Made by a program: the position numbers and the translations under genes
Shown here: positions 32,201-45,345 of the stretch, piece after piece
How the letters are laid out: each line of letters starts with the position of its first letter
Position numbering within the stretch: the stretch's first letter is position 1
Assembly: GCA_048128005.1 (NCBI GenBank)
Contig: JBEUKZ010000019.1
Coordinates: 248,001-312,000 of the forward strand
Origin: Veleropilina oligotropha
Taxonomy: Eukaryota
Direction of reading: 5' to 3'
Length of the DNA: 64,000 nucleotides
Notes under the pieces: model-generated
Seen by the model: the letters and a program-made list of their open reading frames with translations, nothing else
Told to the model about the DNA's origin: nothing
Database searches by the model: none

Positions 32201-35200
32201 GATTCGCATTCCCTACTCACAATGACATGGTGTTAATTGTTGAAGGTGGCGATCAGTCTTCTGTTCATCCAATCTATGTGCTGCAGGAACGTTAAAGCTT
32301 CGGCCATTTAAATCGATTGAAGGCTTACTCATAATCAACGAATCGGATATAAATATCTTGTGAATAGTCGGACTCGATGCTAAATTCAAGTAGGATGCAC
32401 ATGACTGATATCAGGTCTCTGGTACCCAGTTCTTTCCCGAATCCAAATTGGTCTTGTCCCACAAACTCTCCTGCAAATCGTTCTATTCTGTTAGTCACTA
32501 TGCGTAGGATCACCTTAGGAGCATGATCTATCAGGGGACGGTGGTTCTGTGATCTTCGTATCTTGTTCCATTGGTCTTCTTCTCCATTGGGATCATTAAA
32601 CTTTTCCGGAAGTTACTGGGCCATGTATATTTCCTGACAGAGCAGTGTGATTGCTTGCTTCTCTGCGCCATCCATTGCCTTGATAATTTCTATTCGTATG
32701 CCATCTGTACCCTCAGCTATTATCCATGTTATCCTCTTCATTGAGGCATTCAACGTCACTTTTAATAATACCAAGTCCTACACAATCCCTCTCCACATCA
32801 GTTAAATCCTACAAGGGTAGTTCTGCGGGTCTTCCTTGTATACCATATAGTTCTTCTATGTCCACATTCCACTTGCTTTTCACTCTTTGTGGTTATATGA
32901 CCATATCTCCATTATTCTTTTGTCTCCCTTTTTTCTCACCATTTAGTTCTGCTACATTACATTAGAGTTGATCTGCCCGACCCCGTCTTTCCAACTGCCC
33001 TAGTTCATGGCATTGCTCTGTACTGTTGTCGTCCTTCAGCAGATATTTTGTGTTTCATCCATCTTATATAACATTTCCTCCATTACTCAGGGCTTCCTTA
33101 TTCTATTCTGCTTTTCTTTCCCTATTTTATCCTCAGAAATTTCCAGTATTGCTGTTTGAGTTTCCCCAGCTCCTCTCTACGCATTCCATTGATCTTAGGC
33201 GTCCTACAGACTACTGTATACTCTAGTCATGAACTCATGGCATGCTACAGACTACTGTATACTCTAGTCATGAACTCATGGCGTCCTACAGACTACTGTA
33301 TACTCTAGTCATGAACTCATAGCGTCCTACAGACTACTGTATACTCTAGTCATGAACTCATGGCGTCCTACAGACTACTGTATACTCTAGTCATGAACTC
33401 ATGGCGTCCTACAGACTACTGTATACTCTAGTCATTTAAAAACAGCAGATTTTAACATTTATTAATGCTATTTCGGTAGTTCTGATTTACAATTTCATGT
33501 TAATTATTGACTATATAAACAAACACAAAAGTAAAAACACTCTTAGAATTCCGTGGTAAATTAATCGAAACAACGAACGGTTAGTTGAATGGTTCGTATT
33601 TGATAAATAAGAACTTTCTATTATCGAGGGCAACACAATCGATAGTTTTCACGCGACGGCATCAAATTTATATGCCGGGGATTAAGAAATAAGTTCGTGG
33701 ACAAATGACATTGTTATTTTATTAATTTTAGAGTCGGGTAAATTCAAGATAACAGAAACATTGATAAAACAAGTTCAATGCCGATCTTAAAGTATGTATC
33801 ACTCTCGTTGAATGAGTAAACAGATCACCTTCGTCCTGCGAACTCAGGTGATCTGTTTACTCATTCAACTCGGGTGATACATACTTTCAGATCGGCATCT
33901 CACTTGGTTTTATTATTATATTTGCCTCGGTCCACCCTGACAATCTGAATGTTTGGCAGTTATGTAAATCGCAGCGCTACCCGCATGTCATGCTCTCGGA
34001 GGGAATCGAGATGGAACGTCATGTGGAACTGGCCCATAATGAGGGAGGTAACCGTGAAGTGTGTGAGCTCGAGGAGAAACTATAAACCACCTCCTTTTAC
34101 CTATACTAGAGTTATCTCCCATTGCATTACATAGCAATAGTGAGAAGATGACATTAATAAGTATTAGATAATAACTATACTTGCTTTAATCATGATCATT
34201 TATTATCATCGTGTACATAATTTATGTAGTTTTAGGATTTCCATATATAGTAATTGATTTGAATCTACACAATTATTTGCGGCCTACGGCCGCTCAATCT
34301 TCGAGACCTTCGGCCGCTCACGTACATGGCTCGACCCTGGCGCACCCCCCAACATAAAATCCGGCCTCCCCAATAGCAAAATTACTCAGACGCCTCTGGC
34401 TTGCACATCATTTTCAGCAGGCTACGCCACTGTGTATGTAATCGATATCGTTTCTCTGACACCGCTCGTCATAACTTCACAAAACTGGCTGTGTGCATCA
34501 TGCAAGTAACCAGTGAACTGGAGCCTTCTGGCAGTTTCGACATTGTTCGACAATTATTAACAGAGTTACTGCCCTTGTTGTACATTTGTTAATGTTTTCT
34601 CTTTTCCAGAGCGTATCTCTTACACCGCTCTACATAACATAACGAAACTTGATGGGTGTATTAAGTAGTTGGTGAATTTGTGCCTTTTGCTAATTGCTAC
34701 GTTGTGCGACGATGAATAATGGAGTTATTGCCCTTGTTGTAAATTTGTTGTGTACGTTCTACAGTGAAAAGTTCTAATCCGATTGGATTCAAATTCGGTA
34801 TGCGCTTTACTTATGATGACGATACGCCACATTGCGAATTTCGTCATTTTTGGATCAAAGATGGCCACCGCGGCAGCCATTTTCTTTGACGAGAATTCTT
34901 GTCTGTGCTCTTCGGTGAAAAGTTCTAATCCGAATTGATTCACATTTGGTATGCAAGTTTTCAGCTCAAAGATGGCTGCTGTGGCAGTCATTTTGTTTGG
35001 AGAGATTTCATGTACGCGCTTTACAGTGAAATATTTTAATCCGATTTGATTCAAATATGGTATGCACGTTAGTTATGATGAGAAAACACCGCCTAACAAT
35101 TTCAGATTCAATATGGTCGCCATGGCGGCCATTTTCTTTGAGATTTATTGTGCAGTGAAAATCTAATATATTACAGGGATGTGGTGTTAAAATTAACGTT

Positions 35201-38200
35201 CCATCAGGGGGATACGTCTTCTTCTGATGACTTGTTTATCTTAAAAATCCAACAATTATGCACAACTGGACTCAAATCTACTTTCATTAAAACGCATCTA
35301 AAAATAATATTAGTTTATTGCCAACTAAAATATTATGTAACGTAATTTGCCGTGGGTTCGATTGACACATGCATTTGATGACGATTTGACAACCATCGCA
35401 TTGCCGGCCAGTATACCTATTAATTTCCTTTACCTCATACAATGCACATCAGCATTAAGCGAAGTTTCACATATTGCAGGGTAGAAATTATATTTACATT
35501 TTTCTGTAGGCCTAGGTCTTGAAACAGACTACTGTATACTCTAGTCATGAACTCATGGCGTCCTACAGACTACTGTATACTCTAGTCATGAACTCATGGC
35601 ATCCTACAGACTACTGTATACTTTAGTCATGCACTCATGGCATCCTACAGACTACTGTATACTCTAGTCATGAACTCATGGCGTCCTACAGACTACTGTA
35701 TACTCTAGTCATGAACTCATGGCATCCTACAGACTACTGTATACTCTAGTCATGAACTCATGGCGTCCTACAGACTACTGTATACTCTAGTCATGAACTC
35801 ATGGCGTCCTACAGACTACTGTATACTCGAGTCATGAACTCATGGCGTCCTACAGACTACTGTATACTCTAGTCATGAACTCATGGCATGCTGGTCCTCT
35901 CATTCCATTGATCTTAGGCGTCCTACAGACTACTGTATACTCTAGTCATGAACTCATGGCGTCCTACAGACTACTGTATACTCTAGTCATGAACTCATGG
36001 CGTCCTACAGACTACTGTATACTTTAGTCATGCACTCATGGCATCCTACAGACTACTGTATACTCTAGTCATGAACTCATGGCGTCCTACAGACTACTGT
36101 ATACTCTAGTCATGAACTCATGGCATGCTGGTCCTCTCATTCCATTGATCTTAGGCGTCCTACAGACTACTGTATACTCTAGTCATGAACTCATGGCATC
36201 CTACAGACTACTGTATACTCGAGTCATGAACTCATGGCGTCCTACAGACTACTGTATACTCTAGTCATGAACTCATGGCATGCTGGTCCTCTCATTCCAT
36301 TGATCTTAGGCGTCCTACAGACTACTGTATACTCTAGTCATGAACTCATAGCGTCCTACAGACTACTGTATACTCTAGTCATGAACTCATGGCGTCCTAC
36401 AGACTACTGTATACTCTAGTCATGAACTCATGGCGTCCTACAGACTACTGTATACTCTAGTCATGAACTCATGGCGTCCTACAGACTACTGTATACTCTA
36501 GTCATGAACTCATGGCGTCCTACAGACTACTGTATACTCTAGTCATGAACTCATGGCATGCTGGTCCTCTCATTCCATTGATCTTAGGCGTCCTACAGAC
36601 TACTGTATACTCTAGTCATGAACTCATGGCGTCCTACAGACTACTGTATACTCTAGTCATGAACTCATGGCATCCTACAGACTACTGTATACTCTAGTCA
36701 TGAACTCATGGCGTCCTACAGACTACTGTATACTCTAGTCATGAACTCATGGCGTCCTACAGACTACTGTATACTCTAGTCATGAACTCATGGCATCCTA
36801 CAGACTACTGTGTACATACTCTAGTCATGAACTCATGGCGTCCTACAGACTACTGTATACTCTAGTCATGAACTCATGGCATGCTGGTCCTCTCATTCCA
36901 TTGATCTTAGGCGTCCTACAGACTACTGTATACTCTAGTCATGAACTCATGGCGTCCTACAGACTACTGTATACTCGAGTCATGAACTCATGGCGTCCTA
37001 CAGACTACTGTATACTCTAGTCATGAACTCATGGCATGCTGGTCCTCTCATTCCATTGATCTTAGGCGTCCTACAGACTACTGTATACTCTAGTCATGAA
37101 CTCATGGCGTCCTACAGACTACTGTATACTCTAGTCATGAACTCATGGCGTCCTACAGACTACTGTATACTCTAGTCATGAACTCATGGCGTCCTACAGA
37201 CTACTGTATACTCTAGTCATGAACTCATGGCGTCCTACAGACTACTGTATACTCTAGTCATGAACTCATGGCGTCCTACAGACTACTGTATACTCTAGTC
37301 ATGAACTCATGGCGTCCTACAGACTACTGTATACTCTAGTCATGAACTCATGGCGTCCTACAGACTACTGTATACTCTAGTCATGATCTCATGGCTTCCT
37401 ACAGACTACTGTATACTCTAGTCATGAACTCATGGCATGCTGGTCCTCTCAGAGCTTTTCGATTCAAGCAGGGCTTTCTTATCGTTCTCCCCAATTCATC
37501 ATAGGGTTGAGGTCAGAGTGAACATCTGTTCCAAAGATTGAGCATGCATTTTTGACAATATTAGTGTAACATTATCTTTGTTGAACCAAGACACACTCTA
37601 ACTGCAGTCTTCTTATATCTCCAGATATAACGTTTTCTGATATTACATTAAAATTAAATCTGTTTCTATGGCAAAAATCCACTAGCATCTCTCCTCTGTC
37701 ATTTCTTCAGTTAAATCTGACTTTGTAAAGGATAGAGCAGTGAGGAGAATGATATATATACTAGTATGCATGCAACTTTGATTGTGGCGTTGTAGCTCAT
37801 CAGAATTATAAAAGCAAACGGTCTACTAATTTCAGAACAAGGGGCCATTCCTGGACCTGGTAGTTATAACTTGAGCAAGAAGTTCATCAAAAATGACAAG
37901 CCAGCATACTCTATTGGCAATCCTGGAAAAACTTATCCAAGTAAGTATATATAACAACTTGTGGTGAAAAATCATATTTTTTTACGACCATGTCGTATAT
38001 AATAATAACCACAAATCCAGAGTCCGTTCGATTCCTCTGTGTTGCGAATACTTCCCATGTACGTTATCGCACAAATTGAAAGGCCAGCTTATCACTCAAA
38101 ACCTGTTGCCATGGTTAATGTACATCATTTCATCTATTCATCAATCTAATGTTTCGAATAAATATACCTGTCTACACGACCTAGAGCATTGTGATGAATA

Positions 38201-41200
38201 TACATGAATATATTTATTCCAGAGGACGGACCAGGTCCAAATGAATATCAGGTGGAAAAGTTTGAAAAGCCAGGAGCGAGCAGACAGCCAAAGTATAGCA
38301 TGGCCAAGCGTCTTGACAAGCCAACGAGTGAGCTCACATGAGTTAGCTTACAGTAGTGACAAGCCCACGAGTAAGCTCACATGAGTTAGCTTACAGTAGT
38401 GACAAGCCAAGTGAGCTTACAGTAGTGACAAGCCGAATGAGCTCACATGAGTTAGCTTACAGTAGTGACAAGCCCACGAGTGAGCTCACATGAGTTAGCT
38501 TACAGTAGTGACAAGCCCACGAGTGCGCTCACATGAGTTAGCTTACAGTAATTACCAATTACACGCCATACTTATTATGCCTGTTGCCCTTCAACAGTAC
38601 AGATTATGTATCGGAACTTTCAACTCTATTAAATTTATACGCTGCCAAACCAAACCGAATTTTGCAAAATTCAGACGCGATGGGTCACAAGCCAGATATA
38701 TGTTGTTTTGTTATGTGACAGTACTGATATTTCAAAATATGCATGTCCTTCTTTCGCTTTCAACACTGTTAATGATGTGTGGTGATGTTCACCCCAATCC
38801 TGGACCTAATAAGTTAAATCAATGCCTAACACTGTTTTTCAATAATATTCGTAGTTTATGTATGTACAAAGACTTACTAGAGGCCTAAAACAAAAACTAT
38901 GACGTAATTGGTCTGTGTGAAACGTGGCTTCACGAAACCATATCTGATGACCAATTGCACATAACTGGTTATAGCATATTACGTAAAGATAGAAATCGTC
39001 ATGGTGGTGGTGTAGCCCTTTATATATCAAACTTATACCATTTTTGTAGACGATTGGATCTTGAAGTAGAATCTTTGGAAATGATTTGCGCAAGTATTAC
39101 AGTGAACAACAAACCCTGTATTGTATGCTGTGTGTATCGCCCACCGAACCAAAATTTAAACGATTGGCTTAACCAATTTTCTTTTTTTCTTGAAATGACA
39201 TATTTTAAATATGCCAGTTATTATTATGGGTGACATCAATGTAAATATTATTTCTGAAGTTTCAATACCAACTGTTAACCGGTTTTCAATGTTTAATTTC
39301 ACACAACATGTCGAATTACCGACAAGAATAACAATTGCATCTCAAACCCTGATTGATCTAGTCTTTAGCAACTGTCATGGGATCATTGCTGATGTATCAG
39401 TACTTGACCCCATTTGCAGTGATCATTGTCCTTTGTTAATTTCGCTGACACTAAGTAAAAAGTTTAGATCTTCCTTTAATAGACGTATCTGGAAATATAA
39501 TTTAGCAAATTTCGATTTACTTTCTGACCTCATCACCCGGTTTCCATGGGACGATTTACATAGTGAACCTGATACTGATCTATTATGCTCTAACTTTACA
39601 GACAATTTAAAAGACATGATGAATACCACTATACCAACGCAGGTAGTAACAATTCGTCCTGCGGATAAACCATGGTTTAATAATGAAATACGTCGCTGGA
39701 TGCGGAAACGCAACAGAGCGCATGCCAAATGTAAAACTCAAAACTCTCCCGCTGCATGGTCGAAATTTCGCAGACTACGAAATAAAGTTGTTGACCTTGT
39801 GAGATCTGCTAAAAATAATTATAATGACAAAATTTACAACACTTTAATTACTTCAAATAACAATTCCAGAGCATGGTGGAAATTGTTGAAATCTGTTTAC
39901 GCGCCTAGGACATACGAGTCTATAAATTTTATTAAAAATAAGGAAAATAAAGAAATATCCGATAATTCGGCCATTGCTCATATTCTAAATGTACATTTTA
40001 CTCAAATTTCCTCAATCGATGACATAAATGTAGCCACTCCAGTCATAGATGTCCTAACGCATAATACACTCTCTAGCATAAATATATCAGAAGAAGATGT
40101 AGATAGTGCAATAAGAACCCTCCAACATGGTAAAGCATCAGGACCAGACGATATTAATGCAACTGTGTTAATACGACTTCGCTCAGTTCTAAGTCGTCCT
40201 TTATGTAACCTGTTTAATGTGTGCCTTAGTCGTGGAAAGTTTCCGTTAATTTGGAAAAATAGCAATGTTATCCCAATTTTCAAGAAAGGGGACGCACATG
40301 ACCCGAGTAACTATCGACCGATTTCGCTAATTAGCCACTTGGGTAAATTGTTTGAAAAAGTAGTATTTAAATATCTATATGAATATCTTAAAACGAATAA
40401 CTTGATTTACCATTACCAGTCGGGTTTCCTGCCTGGCCACTGCACATCCTATCAAATGCTGGAGATTTACGACAAAATAATGTCGGAATTAGATAAGGGA
40501 AATAGTGTAACCAGTATTTATTGTGATGTTTCTAAAGCATTTGATAGGGTGTGGCATAGAGGTCTACTGGCCAAATTAACTTCTTATGGCATTACCGGTA
40601 GACTACACAGTTGGTTTACCGATTATCTATCAAACAGATCACAATGTGTCGTTGTCAATAACGCCCAGTCCGAACCATTACCCATTGGTGCTGGTGTTCC
40701 GCAGGGGTCAGTCCTGGGCCCTATCTTATTCTTACTATACATAAATGATATTTCCAATGAAATCACTGGTGATACTAGATTATATGCCGACGATACTTCC
40801 ATTTTGTACACCCATCAAATTTTCACCAACATCGATGATACAATTAATGCTGACATGACCCGCTTATCGCAGTGGGCCAAACGCTGGTTAGTCAATTTCA
40901 ATGCGTCTAAGACTAATTGTATGATAACATCCCGATCTACTAATGTTGCTCTTCCTAATATTACGATGAATAATGAACCAGTAAATGTGATGCCCTCGCA
41001 CAAACACCTAGGACTTATATTAAACAGTAACGGAACATGGAAAGATTATATAAATGATATGTTAATGAATTGCTCCAAACTAGTAGGATTAATGAGATCA
41101 TTCAAATATAAACTAAATAGGAAAACGCTTAGAATAATCTATTTATCCTTTATACGTCCTCGCCTCGAATACTGTTCTGTTGTCTGGGACAACTGCAACC

Positions 41201-44200
41201 AGCAGGAAGCAGACAGAATCGAGAAACTTCAAAATGAGGCTATCCGAATCATCACTGGTTTACCGCAATTTTGCTCAAATGAGTCTATACGAAATGAAAT
41301 TGCACTTCACGACCTCAAAACAAGACGAAAAAACCAACGGCTATATACATTCTATAAAATAATTAATAACCTATGTCCAACTTACCTACATATGCTACTT
41401 CCACCTACAATGGGTCAACTATCTCAATACACCACGAGAAATAGCGATAATCTATCCGTTCCTCAAACAAGAACAGAGTCATACAAGAGAACTTTCTTTC
41501 CGAAAACTGTGAGCGAGTGGAACTCCTTGCCAGTACATATTAGAGAGGCTAGGTCTCTACTCGCATTTAAAAGACTTATCTCTATTAACATTCCTTACGC
41601 AAAACATTTCGACTACGAATTGGATCGCAAAACTGCAATCGCACATTGTAAAATTCGAAATAAATGTAGTAACCTTAATGGCGATCTTTATAGAAAACAA
41701 ATTGTTGACAGTCCCATTTGTGCGTGTGGGTATCATATTGAACATGCAGAACATTATTTTCTATTTTGTCCTCTTTATGACGAAATACGGCATAATCTAG
41801 TAAATAGTCTTGGAGAAAATTGTTCTATTAATGTAATTCTCTTTGGGGATTTAAACATTGATTTGAACGCAAATCGTATAATTTTCAAAAATGTGCAAAC
41901 GTTTATAAGAAGAACAAAGCGATTCAACCAATTACAACCGCCATTTGAAGCAACTAGTAGTCTGTCGATTTGATTATATATCTATGTTTAGAAAGATACT
42001 TGAATATTCCTCTTCATAATTGTATTTGTAATATGTATTATATATCTATGTTTAGAAAGATACTTTAATACTGCTGTATATGTACCTAAGAACTTTTTTA
42101 TTTTTGTGCTGGTGATGCTACTATATGTATGTTCGGAAATTTATGTGTGTATTAACCACTGTTTTTATACGAATACACGAAGATATGTGTCTGTGTATAT
42201 ATGGACACAGCAAACGAATTGACTTAAAGTCTGACATCTGATCTATCATGTTAGCGTGTGTGTGTCTGTATGTCTGTGCGTATGATTGCAATACGTAGTT
42301 TTTCATATTCAGCTTATCTCAGATTTACCTGTCACTGCCCAACTGTACTTAATATTTGGCGAAACGATTCACATAGGCTTAGTCCTGTTTTCGAATCGCC
42401 ACAATTTTGATACATATTACTTTTTCCGATATCATATATTATTCCTTGTAATATCAACAATATGTTTGCTCCTAATGCTAAACTGAATAAAAATATTGTT
42501 AATCTAAAGCTTACAGTAGTGACAAGCCCACGAGTGCGCTCACATGAGTTAGCGTACAGTAGTGACAAGCCAACGAGTGAGCTCCCATGAGTTAGCTTAC
42601 AGTAGTGACAAGCCGAGTGAGCTCACATGAGTTAGCTTACAGTAGTGACAAGCCCACGAGGGAGCTCACATGAGTTAGCTTACAGTAGTGACAAGCCAAC
42701 GAGTGAGCTCACATGAGTTAGCTTACAGTAGTGACAAGCCAATGAGTGAGCTCACATGAGTTAGCTTACAGTAGTGACAAGCCCACGAGTGAGCTCACAT
42801 GAGTTAGCTTACAGTAGTGACAAGCCCACGAGTGAGCTCACATGAGTTAGCTTACAGTAGTGACAAGCCCACGAGTGAGCTCACATGAGTTAGCTTACAG
42901 TAGTGACAAGCCAATGAGTGAGCTCACATGAGTTAGCTTACAGTAGTGACAAGCCCACGAGTGAGCTCACATGAGTTAACTTACAGTAGTGACAAGCCAA
43001 CGAGTGAGCTCACATGAGTTAGCTTACAGTAGTGACAAGCCAACAAGCGAGCTCACATGAGTTAGCTTACAGTAGTGACAAGCCAACGAGTGAGCTCACA
43101 TGAGTTAGCTTACAGTAGTGACAAGCCCACGAGTGAGCTCACATGAGTTAGCTTACAGTAGTGACAAGCCCACGAGTGAGCTCACATGAGTTAGCTTACA
43201 GTAGTGACAAGCCCACGAGTGAGCTCACATGAGTTAGCTTACAGTAGTGACAAGCCCACGAGTGAGCTCACATGAGTTAGCTTACAGTAGTGACAAGCCA
43301 ACAAGCGAGCTCACATGAGTTAGCTTACAGTCGTGACAAGCCAACGAGTGAGCTCACATGAGTTAGCTTACAGTAGTGACAAGCCGAGTGAGCTCACATG
43401 AGTTAGCTTACAGTAGTGACAAGCCCACAAGTGAGCTCACATGAGTTAGCTTACAGTAGTGACAAGCCCACAAGTGAGCTCACATGAGTTAGCTTACAGT
43501 AGTGACAAGCCAACGAGTGAGCTCACATGAGTTAGCTTACAGTAGTGACAAGCCCACGAGTGAGCTCACATGAGTTAGCTTACAGTAGTGACAAGCCGAG
43601 TGAGCTCACATGAGTTAGCTTACAGTAGTGACAAGCCAACGAGTGAGCTCACATGAGTTAGCTTACAGTAGTGACAAGCCCACGAGTGAGCTCACATGAG
43701 TTAGCTTACAGTAGTGACAAGCCAACGAGTGAGCTCACATGAGTTAGCTTACAGTAGTGACAAGCCAACGAGTGAGCTCCCATGAGTTAGCTTACAGTAG
43801 TTGTTTGGTTTGGGGGATAGCGTATCACTTAACAGTCTGTAAGATTAAATCTGAACATCCTTATTGCCAAAGGAATGCTTGAAATAAGTAGTAAAACTCA
43901 CATCTCTTCTATATATATGAACAATCTATCTTGTGCTGTACAGATCTTGTTATGTTGAATCAACTCAGTCGGAATCCGTGTGATGGATCGAGACCTACGC
44001 TCTTGCAAATTGAAAGTTTACCTTGTTTTGGAATAATGCTTAACATCTCATATTAACACCCTTATGGGTCATTCCAGGACATATCCATATTAGCATTCAT
44101 ATCCATTACACAATTGGTGCGCACATATAAATTGCAAGGTTTGTTCACTGGAATATATACCAGTTAACATCACTGTTTCTACTTTCCAGAGCATGTCAGT

Positions 44201-45345
44201 CCTGGGCCAGCAGCGTATTACCCCAGCGTATCGGAAACGGGACCCAAATTCTCAATGACCAAGCGATATTTATCAACAAACAGTGAGCAATCCATATTAA
44301 AACTAGCGAATCCTCGACCCCGCAAGTCAGGGGATGTATCTCCTCTCATTGGAAGCCAATTTTAATCTGAAAACGGTGAAAATCGATAGGCGTCGTGTCC
44401 TCACCATACCAAATGTATATCAAATCTGATAAAAACACAGTTCACAGTAGAATCAACAAAATAGCTGCCACGACAGCCATCAATAAGTGGCGTGTCCTCA
44501 TTATAACTAATGTGCATTAGAACTTTTCATTGTAGAGTGCAAACAAGAAATCTCTTCAAACAAAATGACTACCACGATGGCCATATTGAATACAAAATAA
44601 ATCATCATGCGACGTGTCCTCATCATACCACACGTGTATATTAAACTTGAAATAAATCGGATAATAACTTTTCACTGGACAAGACATCTCGTCATGCAAA
44701 ATGGCTGTCATGGTGGCCATCTTCAATCCGAAAATCGTTAGGTGGCGTGTCCTCATCATAACGAACGCGCATACCAAAAATGAATCAAATCGGATATTAA
44801 CTTTTCACTGTAGAGTACGCACAAGAAATCTTGTCAAACAAAACCATGGCGGCCATCTTGGATCCGAAAACGACGAGAATCGTTAGGTGGCGTGTCCGCA
44901 TCATAACTGACATGCATACATAAAGTAAATTTATTGCTCGATTGGACTAAATTGTGGTTTCTTCATCACTGTAACTGAGACATATTATGATCCGTACAAA
45001 GGAGCTCATTTACCATTATTCTCAAACATGACATTGACTTAAACCAAACAGCATGTTTGACTTCGAGCCATTGGGACAATTTAGATTAAAACTTTCATAT
45101 CAAAGAATAAACTTGTTACTTTATAGCAAGCACACATTGCAGATATATAGCATATATGGTATGTTTCATTTTACCTTGCAGAAGTGACTACTCCAGGGCC
45201 CAATGCCTACTGTCTGCCATCAGGCCAGACAGTCAGAGGAAAAATGTGTAACGCCGGAGTCGTGATAAAGAGCAGGGGGAGTCCGTACGTGTACTCCGGG
45301 TTCCGCACAAATAAACTGTCGGATCCTCAGCCAGTGAAAGTATAA
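26248..45345 (+). CDS. PGP/SHIPPO-repeat protein (ODF3/CIMAP1-like ciliary/sperm-tail protein), at least 13 exons
   Basis: Exons 26248-26310, 26805-26906, 27554-27661, 28158-28313, 29201-29308, 29801-29884, 30190-30291, 30445-30546, 31184-31312, 37836-37940, 38223-38327, 44190-44282 and 45182-45345 (TAA) splice into one frame. Repeated PGPxxY...PxYS motifs (PGPSDY, PGPADY, PGPGSY, PGPNEY, PGPAAY, PGPNAY). All acceptors are AG and donors GT, except one GC donor. The start is the ATG at 26262 or lies in an upstream exon. Confidence 0.85.
31400..33195 (-). mobile_element. Degraded RTE-like LINE in intron (further remnant at about 37440-37720)
   Basis: VGQDQFGFGKELGTRD...IYIRFVDYE RT motifs and a QVHQYWYLG (YLG) remnant; many disruptions. 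Confidence 0.7.
31855..32130. repeat. 42-bp tandem repeat (about 6.5 copies) inside the LINE remnant
   Basis: Unit CTGCCAAGTACCAGTACTGATGGACCTGTTCCATTGCATTCT. Confidence 0.95.
33199..33435. repeat. 41-bp minisatellite, short block
   Basis: Unit GCGTCCTACAGACTACTGTATACTCTAGTCATGAACTCATG. Confidence 0.95.
35524..37450. repeat. 41-bp minisatellite, main block with a recurring identical 32-bp interruption
   Basis: Same unit as 33199-33435, interrupted several times by GCATGCTGGTCCTCTCATTCCATTGATCTTAG. Confidence 0.95.
38315..38550. repeat. 43-bp minisatellite, left block (starts inside exon 38223-38327)
   Basis: Unit GACAAGCCAACGAGTGAGCTCACATGAGTTAGCTTACAGTAGT. Confidence 0.95.
38551..42507 (+). 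mobile_element. CR1/L2-group LINE (APE + RT), young, inserted in the 43-bp minisatellite
   Basis: 2A-like GDVHPNPGP is followed by APE motifs (NIRSL, GLCETWL, RKDRNRHGGGV, VYRPP, MGDIN, SDH) broken by two frameshifts, then an intact RT. The 3' end is AATAAAAATATTGTTAATCTAA. AGCTTACAGTA lies on both sides (38540-38550, 42508-42518). Confidence 0.9.
39211..41973 (+). CDS. LINE ORF2 (end of APE, RT, C-terminal CxC..H..C finger)
   Basis: 920-aa open frame with NYRPISL, QSGF, DVSKAFDRV, GVPQGSVLGP, LYADD and HKHLG. Confidence 0.92.
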   Translation: MPVIIMGDINVNIISEVSIPTVNRFSMFNFTQHVELPTRITIASQTLIDLVFSNCHGIIADVSVLDPICSDHCPLLISLTLSKKFRSSFNRRIWKYNLANFDLLSDLITRFPWDDLHSEPDTDLLCSNFTDNLKDMMNTTIPTQVVTIRPADKPWFNNEIRRWMRKRNRAHAKCKTQNSPAAWSKFRRLRNKVVDLVRSAKNNYNDKIYNTLITSNNNSRAWWKLLKSVYAPRTYESINFIKNKENKEISDNSAIAHILNVHFTQISSIDDINVATPVIDVLTHNTLSSINISEEDVDSAIRTLQHGKASGPDDINATVLIRLRSVLSRPLCNLFNVCLSRGKFPLIWKNSNVIPIFKKGDAHDPSNYRPISLISHLGKLFEKVVFKYLYEYLKTNNLIYHYQSGFLPGHCTSYQMLEIYDKIMSELDKGNSVTSIYCDVSKAFDRVWHRGLLAKLTSYGITGRLHSWFTDYLSNRSQCVVVNNAQSEPLPIGAGVPQGSVLGPILFLLYINDISNEITGDTRLYADDTSILYTHQIFTNIDDTINADMTRLSQWAKRWLVNFNASKTNCMITSRSTNVALPNITMNNEPVNVMPSHKHLGLILNSNGTWKDYINDMLMNCSKLVGLMRSFKYKLNRKTLRIIYLSFIRPRLEYCSVVWDNCNQQEADRIEKLQNEAIRIITGLPQFCSNESIRNEIALHDLKTRRKNQRLYTFYKIINNLCPTYLHMLLPPTMGQLSQYTTRNSDNLSVPQTRTESYKRTFFPKTVSEWNSLPVHIREARSLLAFKRLISINIPYAKHFDYELDRKTAIAHCKIRNKCSNLNGDLYRKQIVDSPICACGYHIEHAEHYFLFCPLYDEIRHNLVNSLGENCSINVILFGDLNIDLNANRIIFKNVQTFIRRTKRFNQLQPPFEATSSLSI
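42508..43800. repeat. 43-bp minisatellite, right block (about 30 copies)
   Basis: Same unit as 38315-38550. Confidence 0.95.

Noticed and set aside
31669..37175. Repetitive ORFs (MQWNRSISTGTW, MASYRLLYTL; likewise 45780-46471 and 55371-55594)
   Set aside because: They are translations of minisatellite units.
35524..37450. CRISPR-like repeat/spacer appearance (also 42508-43800 and 45851-47030)
   Set aside because: Units are head-to-tail, the interruptions are identical rather than unique spacers, there are no cas genes, and the context is eukaryotic intron or intergenic DNA.
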